Notes: generated by a model not told the origin, from the sequence alone. Counted from the first letter of the stretch, positions 1 through 12,454 are shown. The stretch: DNA of 64,000 nt from Hamiltosporidium tvaerminnensis FI-OER-3-3 (GCA_022605425.2 CM061254.1:496001-560000), one strand, 5' to 3'. A program made the numbers and translations.

Positions 1-630
1 AAAGATAATGATCAAACGGATAAAAGTATAATAAATTCCTTTAATAAAATAGAAGAGAATATCAAAGATAATGATCAAACGGATAAAAGTATTATTAATT
101 CCTTTAATAAAATAGAAGAGAATATCAAATTAAATTCCATCACTCAGATTGAAAATCTAAAAAATAAATCAAAAAACATTTTTTTAAAAATACCTGATTT
201 ATCAGAAAATAGAAATTTAGAAAAATCAGAAAATAAAAATTTAGAAAAATCAGAAAATAAAAACTTAGAAGACATAAAATCAGAAAACATAAAATCAGCA
301 AACAAAAACATAAAATCAGAAAACTTAGAAAAAAAATTACTTTCACAGAAGACAAAAGATATTCTAGAAAGAATACAAGAAAAAGAAAGAAAAAGAAGAG
401 AATCTTTTATAAAACAATGCTCAGATGATGATTTATTAAAAGAAATTAAATATAAAATTGATACGTATTTTTCTACAACCAATAAAAAAAGTGTACCTAT
501 TGAAGATATTATTAGTGTTCTTTGTATATTTCAAGGATATTCTGTACTTCTTAAATTGTGTTCTAAATTTCAAGATATTTATTTTATTAAAGAAATACAA
601 GGAATAGAATATTTGATAAAAAAGAAGTAA
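1..630 (+). CDS. CDT1: 3' part of probable DNA replication licensing factor Cdt1 (5' end outside window)
   Basis: Frame 1 is open from base 1 to TAA 628-630. It reads ...KDILERIQEKERKRRESFIKQ...KIDTYFSTTNKKSVPIEDIISVL...LLKLCSKFQDIYFIKEIQGIEYLIKKK*, resembling the Cdt1 LLERIR-KE motif plus the C-terminal winged helix. Not in the ORF track because there is no start codon in the window. Confidence 0.65.
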   Translation, partial: KDNDQTDKSIINSFNKIEENIKDNDQTDKSIINSFNKIEENIKLNSITQIENLKNKSKNIFLKIPDLSENRNLEKSENKNLEKSENKNLEDIKSENIKSANKNIKSENLEKKLLSQKTKDILERIQEKERKRRESFIKQCSDDDLLKEIKYKIDTYFSTTNKKSVPIEDIISVLCIFQGYSVLLKLCSKFQDIYFIKEIQGIEYLIKKK

Positions 631-781
631 ATTTATATGAAAATAAATGTTTTAGTAGATTATTAAAGAAATACAAGGAATAGAATATTTGATAAAAAAG
701 AAGTAAATTTATATGAAAATAAATGTTTTAGTAGATTATTAAAGAAATACAAGGAATAGAATATTTGATAAAAAAGAAGTA
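585..781 (+). repeat. 76-bp tandem repeat (~2.6 copies) covering the Cdt1 stop codon and 3' flank
   Basis: tattaaagaaatacaaggaatagaatatttgataaaaaagaagtaa... starts at 585, 661 and 737. Confidence 0.9.
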
Positions 782-929
782 AAATTTAATGTAAATAATA
801 GAATATTAAGATAAAAAAGAATTATTATATGAAATATAATAATTGATATGAAAGATGTGAAAATAAATTTTTAAGATTAAAAAATGTAAACTTGGTTTTA
901 ATTTGTAGATTAGAATTTTATTTTCTTTC

Positions 930-2690
930 TAAAATATAAATCTTAAATCATTTTATAAGTAAAGTAAATGATTTGTAGATCAGTATCTTTCTTTTAATAA
1001 ATATAAATCTTAAATCATTTTATAAGTAAAGTAAATGATTTGTAGATCAGTATCTTTCTTTTAATAAATATTTTTTTATTTTTTTTATAAACTATAAATC
1101 ATTTATCATTTTATAATCTCTAAGTAAATAATTTGATAATCTCTAAGTAAATAATTTTATAATCTCTAAGTAAATAATTTGATAATCTTTAAGTAAATAA
1201 TAAAAATAATTGAAATTAAATCATATCTTAAATCATTTTATAAGAAAGTAAATAAAAATTTAAAAAAATAATAAAAATAATTGAAATTAAATTATATCTT
1301 AAATCATTTTATAAGAAAGTAAATAAAAATTTAAAAAAATAATAAAAATAATTGAAATTCAATTATATCTTAAATCATTTTATAAGAAAGTAAATAAAAA
1401 TTTAAAAAAATATTTTTAATCTATAAATTTATATAAAATATTAAGTATAAAATAATTGATTCTTACAATTTTAATTTTTTTGATTTTAAAATATTTATAA
1501 GTATATTTATAAAGATTTGTAATAATATGTAAAGGGATGCTAAGGATTAAGGATATATTTCATTTCTAAGGATTAAAGATAATATTCTATTTCTAAGGAT
1601 TAAAGATAATATTCTATCTCTAAGGATTAAGGATAATATTCTATTTCTAAGAATACAAGATATATTTCATTTCTAAGGATTAAAGATAATATTCTATTTC
1701 TAAGGATTAAGGATAATATTCTATTTCTAAGGATTAAGGATAATATTCTATTTCTAAGGATTAAGGATAATATTCTATTTCTAAGATTTAAAGATAATAT
1801 TTTAGATATTAACTAAATTAAAATCTAGATATTAAATAAATTAAAAAATACTTTAAAGAAACTTAATATAATAATAATTTAAGATTATAATTTTATATAA
1901 ATCAAAGCTTAAATATAACCTGAAATGTAAAATACTTAAAAGTAACTTAATAGAAATCAAGATATTAAATTAGAAATAAGAATCTGATAATAAAATTATA
2001 AATCATAAATTAAAATCAAGATATTAAATCATAAATAAAAATTAGAAAGAAGAATCTGATAATAAAATTATATTTAATATTCCAATTAAAATTATAAATC
2101 ATAAATTAAAATCAAGATATTAAATCATAAATTATAAATCAAGATATTAAATCAAGATATTAAAGATTAATTGATATTTAAATATTTTTTATTAAAGAAA
2201 ATGTAAAGAAAACAGTAAAAGAATTATGACTTTAATACTTCAATTGATATAAATTATTGTATAAAATTCTGAATTAAAATATTTTACCTTTTTTTATATA
2301 TTTTCTTCAATTGATATAAATTTTTGTATAAAATTCTGAATTAAAATATTTTACCTTTTTTTTATATATTTTCTTCAATTGATATAAATTTTTGTATAAA
2401 ATTCTGAATTAAAATATTTTACCTTTTTTTATATATTTTCTTCAATTGATATAAATTTTTGTATAAAATTCTGAATTAAAATATTTTACCTTTTTTTATA
2501 TATTTTCTTCAATTGATATAAATTATTATTTTATAAAAATCTTGATTTCTATTTATTTAAAAGGTAATTAATAAAACATATAAATAATTCTTATAACGAA
2601 CAAATTATGAAATAAAATATAATATTAGGTATTACAAAGGTTATTTATAAAATATAATATTAGGTATTACAAAGGTTATTTATATTAAAA
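930..2690. repeat. Intergenic mosaic of AT-rich local tandem repeats
   Basis: ~67-bp x2 (930-1070), ~23-bp ataatctctaagtaaataattt x4 (1110-1200), ~70-bp x3 (1200-1410), 27-bp ttctaaggattaaagataatattctat x~9 (1540-1800), ~67-bp cttcaattgatataaattt... x4-5 (2238-2525). Confidence 0.85.
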
Positions 2691-2784
2691 CAATAGAGGT
2701 TTATAAAATATAGGAAATAAGAAATATTACATATCCATATCTTTACTCACTACATAAAATACACATATAAATCTAATATTTTGA

Positions 2785-3797
2785 TTAATCTTCATTACAT
2801 AGAATACAACTATCACTTTTACTTAATAAAAATTTCTGAGTATAAATTTTATATTCAGAATTATAAAATATATAATCATATTCTTTATTAGATTTGATAC
2901 TTTTAATCTCTTTGAAAATTAAAGAAGCAGCAATAGAATTTATATAACATACATTAGGTATAATATCTCTTTCTATACCAATTATTTCAAATGAATTTGT
3001 AGGTTTTAGATTGTTTGATAATGCAAGTTTATTAAACTTTAGTTTTACAGATTCTATGAAATTTGAAATGTTTCTGTTATTTGAATCAATAGATATTTTA
3101 TTACTTAAATCTTTAGGCAAATTATTACTTAAATCTTTAGGTAAATTATTACTTAAATCTTTAGTTAAATCACCAGGTAAATTATTAGTTGAATAACTTA
3201 AATTATCCTTTGCTTTTTCTTTGAATTGTATAATTAAAGATAAAATAATTTGGTGTCTTGAATATTTAGAAAGATTTTTTTCTATATTTTTTATAGTACA
3301 AAACGATAAATTAACTTGTGTATTGTACATTTCTTTAATACAATACAGACAAGAAAACCCCTTTTTAACTACTTTTACATGTATTTTCATATTTTCTATT
3401 CCAGAATCAATAAAAAAAATATTTTTTACACATTTTTTTATCAAAAAATTTATATGCATCCTAGCTACAATATTATCTAAACACGATATTATTATATCAA
3501 AATGTTTTATATCTTCTTCTTTAAGTTTAAGTACGTCAGTATTAATATATTTGTATTTTTTATTTTTACGGTTATTTAAATTAGAACAAAGTACTTCTGC
3601 TTTGTTCTTTCCTATATCTTTTTTTAAATACATAAATTGTCTGTTTAGATTTGATATTTCTATTTCATCGTAATCTAAAAGTGTAATTTTGTATTCTTTT
3701 TGTGTTATTAATAGTTTTATAAGTTCTGATCCTATACCGCCACAGCCTATAAATTATTATATTTTTTTTTTCACTTACCTAAAACTAATATTTGCAT
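2785..3797 (-). CDS. UBA3: NEDD8-activating enzyme E1 catalytic subunit (ThiF family), 2 exons (3797-3779, 3746-2785), ~326 aa
   Basis: Spliced N-terminus MQILVLG|CGGIGSEL restores the GxGxxG motif. Also LLDYDEIEISNLNRQF, CLDNIVAR, IDSG, CLYC...LSFCTIKN (catalytic Cys context as in UBA3), IIPNV and terminal CILC. Confidence 0.88.
3747..3778 (-). other. 32-nt spliceosomal intron in UBA3 (phase 1)
   Basis: GTAAGT...aataatttaTAG. Removal joins the ATG at 3797 in frame to ORF 2785..3633. Confidence 0.9.
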
Positions 3798-4229
3798 TTT
3801 TAAGTTTGAGGGAGAAATGTGGTTGAATGAAAAATACTTTAATACGAAAGAATATTTTTTTATTAAAGAATATTTTGTTATGAAAGAATTATATTTTTAT
3901 TATGAGATTGGTTGTCTTATATTTATAAAAAAATGAATTTTATTTTAATTCTTTACTTTTATTGTTAGATTAATTGTCTTATGTTTATAGTATCTTGATT
4001 TTGTTTTCATACATATATTGGTAGATTGAATGTCTTATATTTATAAAAAAATGAATTTTATTTTAATTCTTAATTATTATTGTTAGATTAATTGTCTTAT
4101 ATTTGTAGTATCTTGATTTTGTTTTCTTGTTTTTTTTAAAAACTATCTCTAAAGTTTTGTTTCTTTAATACTAATTTTTTTACGATTGACTCGTATTTAA
4201 TATCTAAAAATTATTTTATTTACGAAATC

Positions 4230-4930
4230 AAAATGATGGAGAGTGAGTAACCACATAAAAAACTTTCGGTCTGGTAATGAGTAATAGGTAACTGAGGTGA
4301 AGACCATTATTTGGAGTTTTTGCGGGAATAAAAACACATTATGTCTTCGGTTGTTTCATAAGAGTTTTTATAAGAAGAGGTCTACGAAACGGCAAAACTT
4401 TTTCTACGAATTTATTTGCAGTTTTCATGTAAGTAGATTAAAGATCGTAGCTGAATTTGTAGGTATTTGCGGCGTAAAAGCATGGAAACCTAGCCCTGCT
4501 CACTCGGGTTAGAAGAGTTAGTGCATGTGTGATATAAAAAATAATATCTTAAAATCGAGAAAACTGTAGCAGGGTATACCTGTTGGTATGGCATGTCACT
4601 ATCTAGGTGGACTCCTGTAAGTCGCCGTAATATATCTTATCTAGATGTTTATTGGTTCTGGTAAGTGTATAGTATGTAAGAATCCTACATAGCTCTGGGT
4701 GAGCTTTAGTGAGGTTTAACCTACGATCTTACTCAATTAAACGGATATTAACGAACTCCCCGCAATTATTTCGCTGGTTAATCGAGTTTTACACAGTTTA
4801 AGATGAAAGGGTTTGGGATGTAGGTATTAGAAGGAGTGGCGAAAGATGATGGAGTAGCAATTATTTATGTAAACCTAGAATTGCGTTAATGTCGTGAAAA
4901 CAATATAAACTTACCACTGTCTTAAAAAGA
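4230..4930 (+). repeat. Unclassified ~700-bp dispersed repeat, copy A
   Basis: Shares ordered blocks (aactttt(t)ctacgaatttattt; gctcactcgggttagaaga; gttggtatggcat; gatgtaggtat; aaacctagaa.tgcgttaatgtc.tgaaa) with other loci in the window. Confidence 0.8.
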
Positions 4931-5315
4931 TCTAATCTTTGTATATAAAAATATTAAACGCCATAACTTTGTTGCTGGATTATGAAATTTTAATATAGAA
5001 TCAAAATCAATATATTGAAAAAAAATGTGCTATATTCTTATTTTTTAAATCTATAAATTTTTTTTATATAAGGACAAATATTTTCATTAAAGTACTTTTA
5101 TAGGCAAATTAATAATAAAAAGATACAATAAATAAAAAGATAAAATGCACATTTATAATGATTTTATGTTCCAAAATGCCAAAATATAGTATAGTCGATC
5201 TTTTCTATTCATTAAAACCATTACTGTATTTAATTAAATTAAATCTATTTTTTTAATTTAATTAATCATATCAGTAAAATAGATCAAAAATAAAAATCGA
5301 AAGAAGTCCATATAC

Positions 5316-7697
5316 ATGCCATACAATTTTAAAAAGGAAACAATGCAATTGATAAAAATTTTGAACTTCTTGAAAACGTGTACCTACTTTGTATTAAAAT
5401 ACAGCATTATGTACCTGAATATATATCTTGAGGATTTGCAATCAATTTCAATAAATTGTTGTGCTTACAGTATAAATGTTGAGTTTTTGTCAGTGAATGA
5501 AACAAATAAGGCAGATTTATATTCTAATCAAGTCGAAAATTATTTCTTAAACAAAGAAAATTTAGAATACTCGGAGAATATAACTCCTCGGAAGAGAATA
5601 GAAATGAAAACACCAAAATTATTTACTTTTTTATATCCCGATGATACTTTTCTAAAATTAGGATTCTTTGAGAAACTTATAAATGAAAATAAAACAAAAA
5701 TACAGCTTTTAGTATATGAAAAAGAATATTTTAATATTTTATATTTTTTTACGATAGCAAGAAATAGAGATGAAATTATGATGATAGACCTGGAAATGTT
5801 TTTCCACATATTGAAATATCTTAATATAATGGATGTAGATATTAATAAGAACTATCATGAATTCATAAAAAGTTTGGTATTTTATGTAAAAAATTTCAAT
5901 GAAGAGTATACTAGAAAATTCGGGCTTGAAAAACTTTTAGATTATAAACGGTATAATAGTTACCATATACTTGATATAACCAAATGTTTTTTAAAATTTA
6001 ACTTGTTTAGTAAATATAATAGTTATCTAACATTCCATGAATATAATAAAATATTATTTTCTCAATCTCGAATAATATCAGAAAATCTTAAACAATATAA
6101 AAAATTTATTACAATGCAAATCACAGACTTTAATTATATCGCGTATATACGATCAGTAAGTTCAATTTTCAATTCTACATGGAAAATTTTATGTAGGGTT
6201 CTTTATTTTGATAAACTATACATAGGGCTTTCATTTATTCATGGTCAAGACATTGATACTAATATGCTTGTTTGTAACTTGCCAAAAAATATAAGAAAAA
6301 TAGATATATTAGCATCAAATAATATATCATTGGTTGACAAGTTGTATGAATTTGGAGTTTTCACTACCATTAAAAACGTAAAAATAATTCAGAATGCTTC
6401 TCTATATTCATTTTTGAAAAGAATGAATTATTTCGATCAAACCCAAATGCTTAAATTCGAGTTAAATAGAATGTCATTTATGGAAATAAACGCTTTAGAA
6501 AAAATAAATCTTCCTCAGTCCATTAAAATTTTGAAAATTATTATCTGTAAATTTTCTGAGTTTAGAAATAGAACTCCGAATCACTATTTATTAGGAAATA
6601 TCCAAAATCTTGTGATAGATTCTTCGAGCTCGATCGAAATATCAGATGATGAAACTAATTTTGCAAAACTATCAAACGATGGATACTATAAATATTTAAT
6701 CGGAGCCGATTTTTTTTTCTATGAAAGCAAATTTAATCTACATGATTACAAAGATATATTTAAAATTGAAAAAATTATTCGCTTAAACCTAACTCTATTA
6801 AGTGCTAAAGATAATTTTCTAGAAGATTATAGCTTTTTAAGAGCATTTAAGTCTTTAAAAAATCTGTATCTGGAAAACTTTAAATTGACGAATGAACTTT
6901 TGAGGGAAATCGTAAATTGTAAAAAATTGGTTTCGCTTTATTTTATGACTTTCGAATATGATGAAAGTATTGATGCAATGAATTTGAATGTTTGTAACAA
7001 TTCTATCATATATATTAAAATAAAATGCCCGAAAAATGTTTTAGATTGTAGATTCATTTATCTTTTATCAAGATTTACTTTCTTACAACATCTAATTTTT
7101 CGCGATGTATCTTTTTCAAATAAAGAACCAGAAAATTTTAATCAGACCAAAAACCCAATTGAATTAAACCTTTTATTATCTGGTTCTGCGAGAGAACAAC
7201 TAAAAACCTTAAAAATAAAAAACAATCCGACTTTCGCTAATCGGAATACTTTTAGTATTTTAAATATATATTCGAAGTATTTTAATCTCCAATATCTTCA
7301 CCATCTTACATATGAGGTTTGTTCTTTTTACCAAGAAGATATTTATGTATTTTCTAGCTTTAAACAACTTCATCGTTTAGAACTGAATGTGAAAAGAAGA
7401 GATTCAATTTCAAATATTTTGAAGCAGATACTCCGGACAAATATTAAACATACTATCAATAGAATGCTTGTACAGTTAGATAAATTTATTGACCGAGAGT
7501 TTCTAGAAATTTTATACTTCAAAAAAATAAAAATCTTGATACTTAGAATTGAATCAATATCTGAAACAGATAAGAAATATTTGAATATATTGTATAATAT
7601 GAATTTTAATAGGCTAGAAGTATATATATTTAAGAACGAAAACGTGGAAAATTCTATAAGTAAAACTAGAAAATTGATTTACAAAAATTATAATTGA
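5316..7697 (+). CDS. Hypothetical 793-aa leucine-rich-repeat-like protein, lineage-specific family, possibly secreted
   Basis: Long intact ORF with recurring LxxLxL units (LKNLYLENF, LVSLYF, LQHLIF, LKTLKI, LHRLEL) and a moderately hydrophobic N-terminus. Exact start codon uncertain. Confidence 0.75.
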   Translation: MPYNFKKETMQLIKILNFLKTCTYFVLKYSIMYLNIYLEDLQSISINCCAYSINVEFLSVNETNKADLYSNQVENYFLNKENLEYSENITPRKRIEMKTPKLFTFLYPDDTFLKLGFFEKLINENKTKIQLLVYEKEYFNILYFFTIARNRDEIMMIDLEMFFHILKYLNIMDVDINKNYHEFIKSLVFYVKNFNEEYTRKFGLEKLLDYKRYNSYHILDITKCFLKFNLFSKYNSYLTFHEYNKILFSQSRIISENLKQYKKFITMQITDFNYIAYIRSVSSIFNSTWKILCRVLYFDKLYIGLSFIHGQDIDTNMLVCNLPKNIRKIDILASNNISLVDKLYEFGVFTTIKNVKIIQNASLYSFLKRMNYFDQTQMLKFELNRMSFMEINALEKINLPQSIKILKIIICKFSEFRNRTPNHYLLGNIQNLVIDSSSSIEISDDETNFAKLSNDGYYKYLIGADFFFYESKFNLHDYKDIFKIEKIIRLNLTLLSAKDNFLEDYSFLRAFKSLKNLYLENFKLTNELLREIVNCKKLVSLYFMTFEYDESIDAMNLNVCNNSIIYIKIKCPKNVLDCRFIYLLSRFTFLQHLIFRDVSFSNKEPENFNQTKNPIELNLLLSGSAREQLKTLKIKNNPTFANRNTFSILNIYSKYFNLQYLHHLTYEVCSFYQEDIYVFSSFKQLHRLELNVKRRDSISNILKQILRTNIKHTINRMLVQLDKFIDREFLEILYFKKIKILILRIESISETDKKYLNILYNMNFNRLEVYIFKNENVENSISKTRKLIYKNYN

Positions 7698-9059
7698 AAA
7701 TAAAACTTTATGGCTTTTCCATGTCCCAATCTATCTTTCTTTTCTTATTGTTAATCTAAATTTTTAAGATTTTAAACTATAAAATATATTCTATAACCAC
7801 ATTTGAGAAAGAAAATTTCGTTCCATCATACTTGAGATCTATATATAATCCTAAAAATATAATTTATATATTGCTGAGTATGTTCTATCGCTGTTTTTAC
7901 TTTTTATCTTTTTTCATTCGATTGTGGTAATTTTAACAACGGCATTTTTTTTTCTATGTTTAACATAAATTCTTGCATTTAGTATTTACTTCTAATTTTT
8001 GTATTTCTTTATTTTCTTCAACGTTTCTTTGTGATTATCTGAACTATAAATATGATATCTTTTGCCGTTTTGTGGCTTTAATACCATCCGAAGTGTTCCC
8101 ATTCAGCTTCATCGTAAATGCTTTTTTGTTTCAATCTTAGTATAAAATCAAAAATACCTTTTTCTTGTTTAGTAAGTATTATCGAAATTAATAGGCTTTT
8201 ATTTTTACTGAGCCGAAGCAAAATAAGATGCTTCCTACGGTACAATGTCCTATACAAACATTGTTTAAATATAAGCTATAACATGCAGGCTAACTCTACG
8301 AACAAAATACAATTCAGCTCCGCAAATAAAACGTAATTCGATTATTAATTTTAAAATATGATGCACCTCTAGTAAACTTCCTTCGATTTTATCGGGTGTT
8401 TCATATTTGTCTCATTACATATACAAGATATATAGGTTTACAATCTAAAATTTCTTAATCAGATGTTTACTGATAATTCAAATTAGGCTCCTTTAAGAAT
8501 TTATTGAATAGCGTGTTTCTCAAAACTTTTTCGATGATTGAAACCAAATATAGCTATTATTTAGAGACCCCTCATAAAAACGAAAAAAATACCACCTTAA
8601 TTCATAAATCGAGTTAGTCATTATTTTATAAATCTTTTCTTCTTTACATAAGAAAAATATTATATATAGATTTCTGCTTTATATACCACACAACTAATTC
8701 ACCTGGCATGGGCTCGTTTAGGAAATCATCATTCGTAATAAATTAAAATCAAATACGTTCCAAAAACCGGTTAAAACATAATAACTATTCAACATTTTGT
8801 AATAATTTTTCTGATATTTTTAGATATTTTACATTTTTTTTTAAAGTATTCCATTGCAAAATCATTAAATTTTATTTAATTCCTTATAATTTGTCCGGTT
8901 TGTCAAATTATATATAAAATACCATAACTGTGGGTAATATTCTAAGATTGATTCACCAGAATCGCTTGATTCATTAGAAATTAATTTAAAATGTATGTGA
9001 AAAGAATTCTCGATTGAACAATTAAGTCTTTTCATATTATTTTAATATATATTTTGTTT

Positions 9060-9265
9060 GTGTAAAATAGTTAAGGAAGGTTCACCCAAAAACCTTCTGC
9101 TCGGCAATGAATGTGTTAAACTGGTTTGAAGATCATTGTTTAGATTTTTGGTGGGAATAAACTCACACTGCATTTTCTGTTGTTCTTTGGGAGTTTGTAT
9201 GAGGAGGAGAGGGTCTAAGAAATGGCGAAACTTTTCTACGAATTTATTTTTGGTTTTATATGGAG
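9060..9265 (+). repeat. Dispersed repeat copy B, 5' part (interrupted by RTE LINE)
   Basis: Aligns by eye with 4240-4430 (e.g. gggaataaa, ggtcta.gaaa.ggc.aaactttt(t)ctacgaatttattt). Confidence 0.75.
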
Positions 9266-9270
9266 CCTGT

Positions 9271-12200
9271 CGGCTCAATGGGGCCCAGAGACATCTACTC
9301 TAAGCCTACTGGTTAATTCTTGATAGTCGCGTTCTTTCCGCGTAAAGAGGACATACAATTAGCGTGGGAGAGTAATCTTAAGAAATTACAGGATTTGAGG
9401 CTTAAGAAGGCGGGCTATTCACCAAGTTAAGTACCTATCGGCCAATCTTCTGTAATCCCGAAATTTACCAGCTTAAAAGAAACAAATGCGGAGAAAATGA
9501 AATAAAATAAAAAGAATCACCAGATGTCAAAATAAAACTATAACCTAAGAACATGTAAAATAAGAGGCTTAACGGGGAAAACAGAAGAATTTTTGATGTA
9601 ATAAGCGAAACAAAAGTAAAATATCTCGCATTGATTGAAACCAAAAAGAAAGAACATGGTTGCGCAATCATCAAAAATTGTTTCCTTCTTATGTATTCTG
9701 GTGTTTCCCATAAATAAAGGCAAAATCTGAAGTTTGATTTTGGTTCACACAGATGAATTGAAGAACATATGGAGTGTAATTTCTTCAAAGAAAGACTAAT
9801 GAGTTTAAAAAGCAAATAAAAATTATTTGTTACAACCATGATAACAGTCTATGCACCGAATGAGAACGAATCTAAAGAGATTAAGAAGGGATTTTATTAT
9901 AACCTCCAAGCACAATCGATAAAATTTACATTGATTTTATGAGACTTGGAGACCTAAATGGCACAGTAGGTAGCAAAGCCGAAAATGCAGAAAGAGTAAT
10001 AGGCACATTCGGTAAGAATTCGGAAATCAAAACGGAAGTAAATTACTACAATTCTAAGTGGCGAAAGGCATGATTCTCACTACATAACTTTACCGCTATA
10101 GAGGTCAATAAATTTACCAGGGTGAACCTCAAGAATTTTAAAGTCTATAATCGATTATATACTCGTAAAAAGAAACGACTCGAGAAGATGCAGGAACTAT
10201 AGGATTATGGGAGTCTGTGAAACAAAGATCGATCACATTTGCTAGTTCTGAAAACAGATGCCACTACACAAAAAGACAGAACGAAAAAAACTGCAAAAAT
10301 AAGAAAAATCTCAAAGCAAAAATAAATATCTCGGAACGTAAAGTATAAGAGAATCAAACTCATTGCAAAGATCTTGCCAGTTTAAAAGTAAATTTTCTGA
10401 GAAAAAAAGCCTAAGCAGAAGACCTGGAAGAGGAATGGGATATATTCAAGACAACAATACTGAATATAGCAGAAGCGATCTTTGGGAAATTCAATTCTGG
10501 TAAAAAGTAAAGACGATAAGATGGTGGTCTGAACTCATAAAAACAGAAATTTAAGAAAAGAAGAGTAGATAGAAAGAATATTTAAAAAACAGATCGAAAG
10601 AATATTATCTGGATTAGAAAACCAACAAAGTAAAGTTAAAAACTTAGTCAGAGAAGCGAAAAAAGCGGGCTGGGAAGAGTTGGGAAGGTTTTTGGAAGAA
10701 AAATTTTCAACAAATCAAAAACTCATCTACAGGATCTTAAAAAAATAAGAAATACCAAGATTGTCCTTTAAAATTTTTTCTATGCAAACAAAAGAAACTT
10801 TTAGGGGATTACAAATAAATCATAACAAGATGGAGAGAATACTTTCACGAAATTTTAAATGTCGGCTCAAAAGATTGTAACTCGCGGAGTACAACAATGA
10901 TAATAATAGCTTGAAAATGATGAAAACGAAGAGGAAATATCCGAGACGGAATTTAAGAAAGCTTAGGAAAAATGAAAATCGGTAAAGCTCCAAGAAATGA
11001 GGCTATAGCTCTCGAGTTTTAAAAATATATGGGTAAAGAGGGGTAAAACAATTTTAACTGTGATAAGAGTCGCTTTGATGGAAGCCGTTATACCGAGAGA
11101 CTGAGAAGTAGCTGACATAGCTCCAATGCACAGGGAAGGGGGAGACAGAAGCGCCAGAATCAACAGGTAAAAGCCTTACTAAGTGTTCCAGGAAAAATAA
11201 CTCAATGATATTGACATAAGAGACAAGTTGAAAATCTCTTGGAAGAAGAGCAATGTGAGTTCCTAAACAACCGAGGCACACAGGATCTAATTTTTACAAT
11301 ATGGCAGGTAACAGAAATATTATCGAATTGGTAATGATATTCACATTTGGTTTATAGATCTAGAGAAAGCATTTATGGTGTGCAGTGGAATGAGCTTTGG
11401 CAAGTTTTACACAAGAGGTGTATGATATTCTTATCAAACAAATACAAGGCTTTTATAAGATCTGCCGAAACTATGTTAGAACCAGGAACTCATTTTCAGG
11501 GGAATATATCACATCATCCGGCGTAAGACAAAGAGACATACTCTGCCCCTGTTTACTTATCATTTTAATGATAATTTAATGGAGGAACGAAAAATCTAAA
11601 CTGAACAGTTTAAACTAGGAAATAGGTACACGACAGCAATTAGGTTAACTGTATTAGCATACGCCAAGGCTCTAGTCTTGCTTTTCAAGTCAGAACAAGA
11701 TTTGCAAGAAAATCTAGAAATTTAGAATGTAAAGCTAAGAAACGAAGGCTTGAAGATAAATAAAACCAAAACCGAAACAATGGTAATATTTAAAAAATAC
11801 ACAAACGACTTAATTAGATCGGAAAAGTTCCTTCAAAACAACTGAAAAGTTTCGATACCTTAGAACAACTCATAGTGCCATTGGAAGACTTGATAAAGAT
11901 CTTAACGCCAGAATAGGACAACCAGAAGACTGTATGCGGCAATTAATGAATTGTTTTTAGCCAAAAAAGAAATATCTACTTGACCTAAAATGGCTATATA
12001 CTCTTCAATTTATGCTCCTACTCTGACATATGGCTCCGAATCATAGACACTTTCCGTAAGCAGATGAAGCAGAATAAAGTCACAAGAAATGAGATTCTAG
12101 AGACTTATGTTAGGGAAAAATAGAAGAGTCCGGATCAGAAATCTGACAATCAGTCTGTGTCGTCAAACTGAATCATCATTGGAGAAAATTTCTAAGCAAA

Positions 12201-12454
12201 AATTGCGCTGGTTTGGGCATAAAAGCAGAATATAAAGGAAAGAACCCCTTTAACGAACAACGAAGCAAGATGCGGTGGCAAACGACTAGGCTGGAGACCA
12301 AGGCGGAAATGGTTTGACTCATTGAAATCAGCTTTACACCAAAGAGGAATAGACGCAGGAAATGCCAGACATTGACCAGAGACATAATACATTGGGGTTC
12401 TATTTTGCATTCTCAATACTGAGAGATACAAGAGAACTGGAATTAGTAAGTAAG
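9271..12454 (+). mobile_element. Decayed RTE-clade non-LTR retrotransposon (APE endonuclease + RT)
   Basis: Broken frames give TCKIRGL, LALIETKKK, ITVYAPNE, LGDLNGTVG, IIDYIL (APE), then FIDLEKAF, GVRQ, LAYA.. (RT), LTYGSES, EMRF, LRWFGH. Tail tagtaagtaag. Degenerate TSD gttttatatggagc / gttttagatggaac. Confidence 0.85.

Noticed and set aside
140-482. Minus-strand ORFs 140-355 and 144-482, and similar short antisense ORFs over UBA3, CAC2, CDC23 and the retrotransposons
   Set aside because: Shadow frames of real genes or repeats on the opposite strand
1540-1800. 27-bp repeat array as a CRISPR
   Set aside because: Contiguous tandem units without unique spacers; eukaryotic context; no cas genes
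4297-4512. ORFs within the dispersed repeat (also 9042-9278, 33570-33794, 33677-33877)
   Set aside because: Reading frames are not preserved between copies on either strand
8400-8780. Possible further ancient copies of the dispersed repeat (also ~62000-62500)
   Set aside because: Only scattered short matches; needs a profile search
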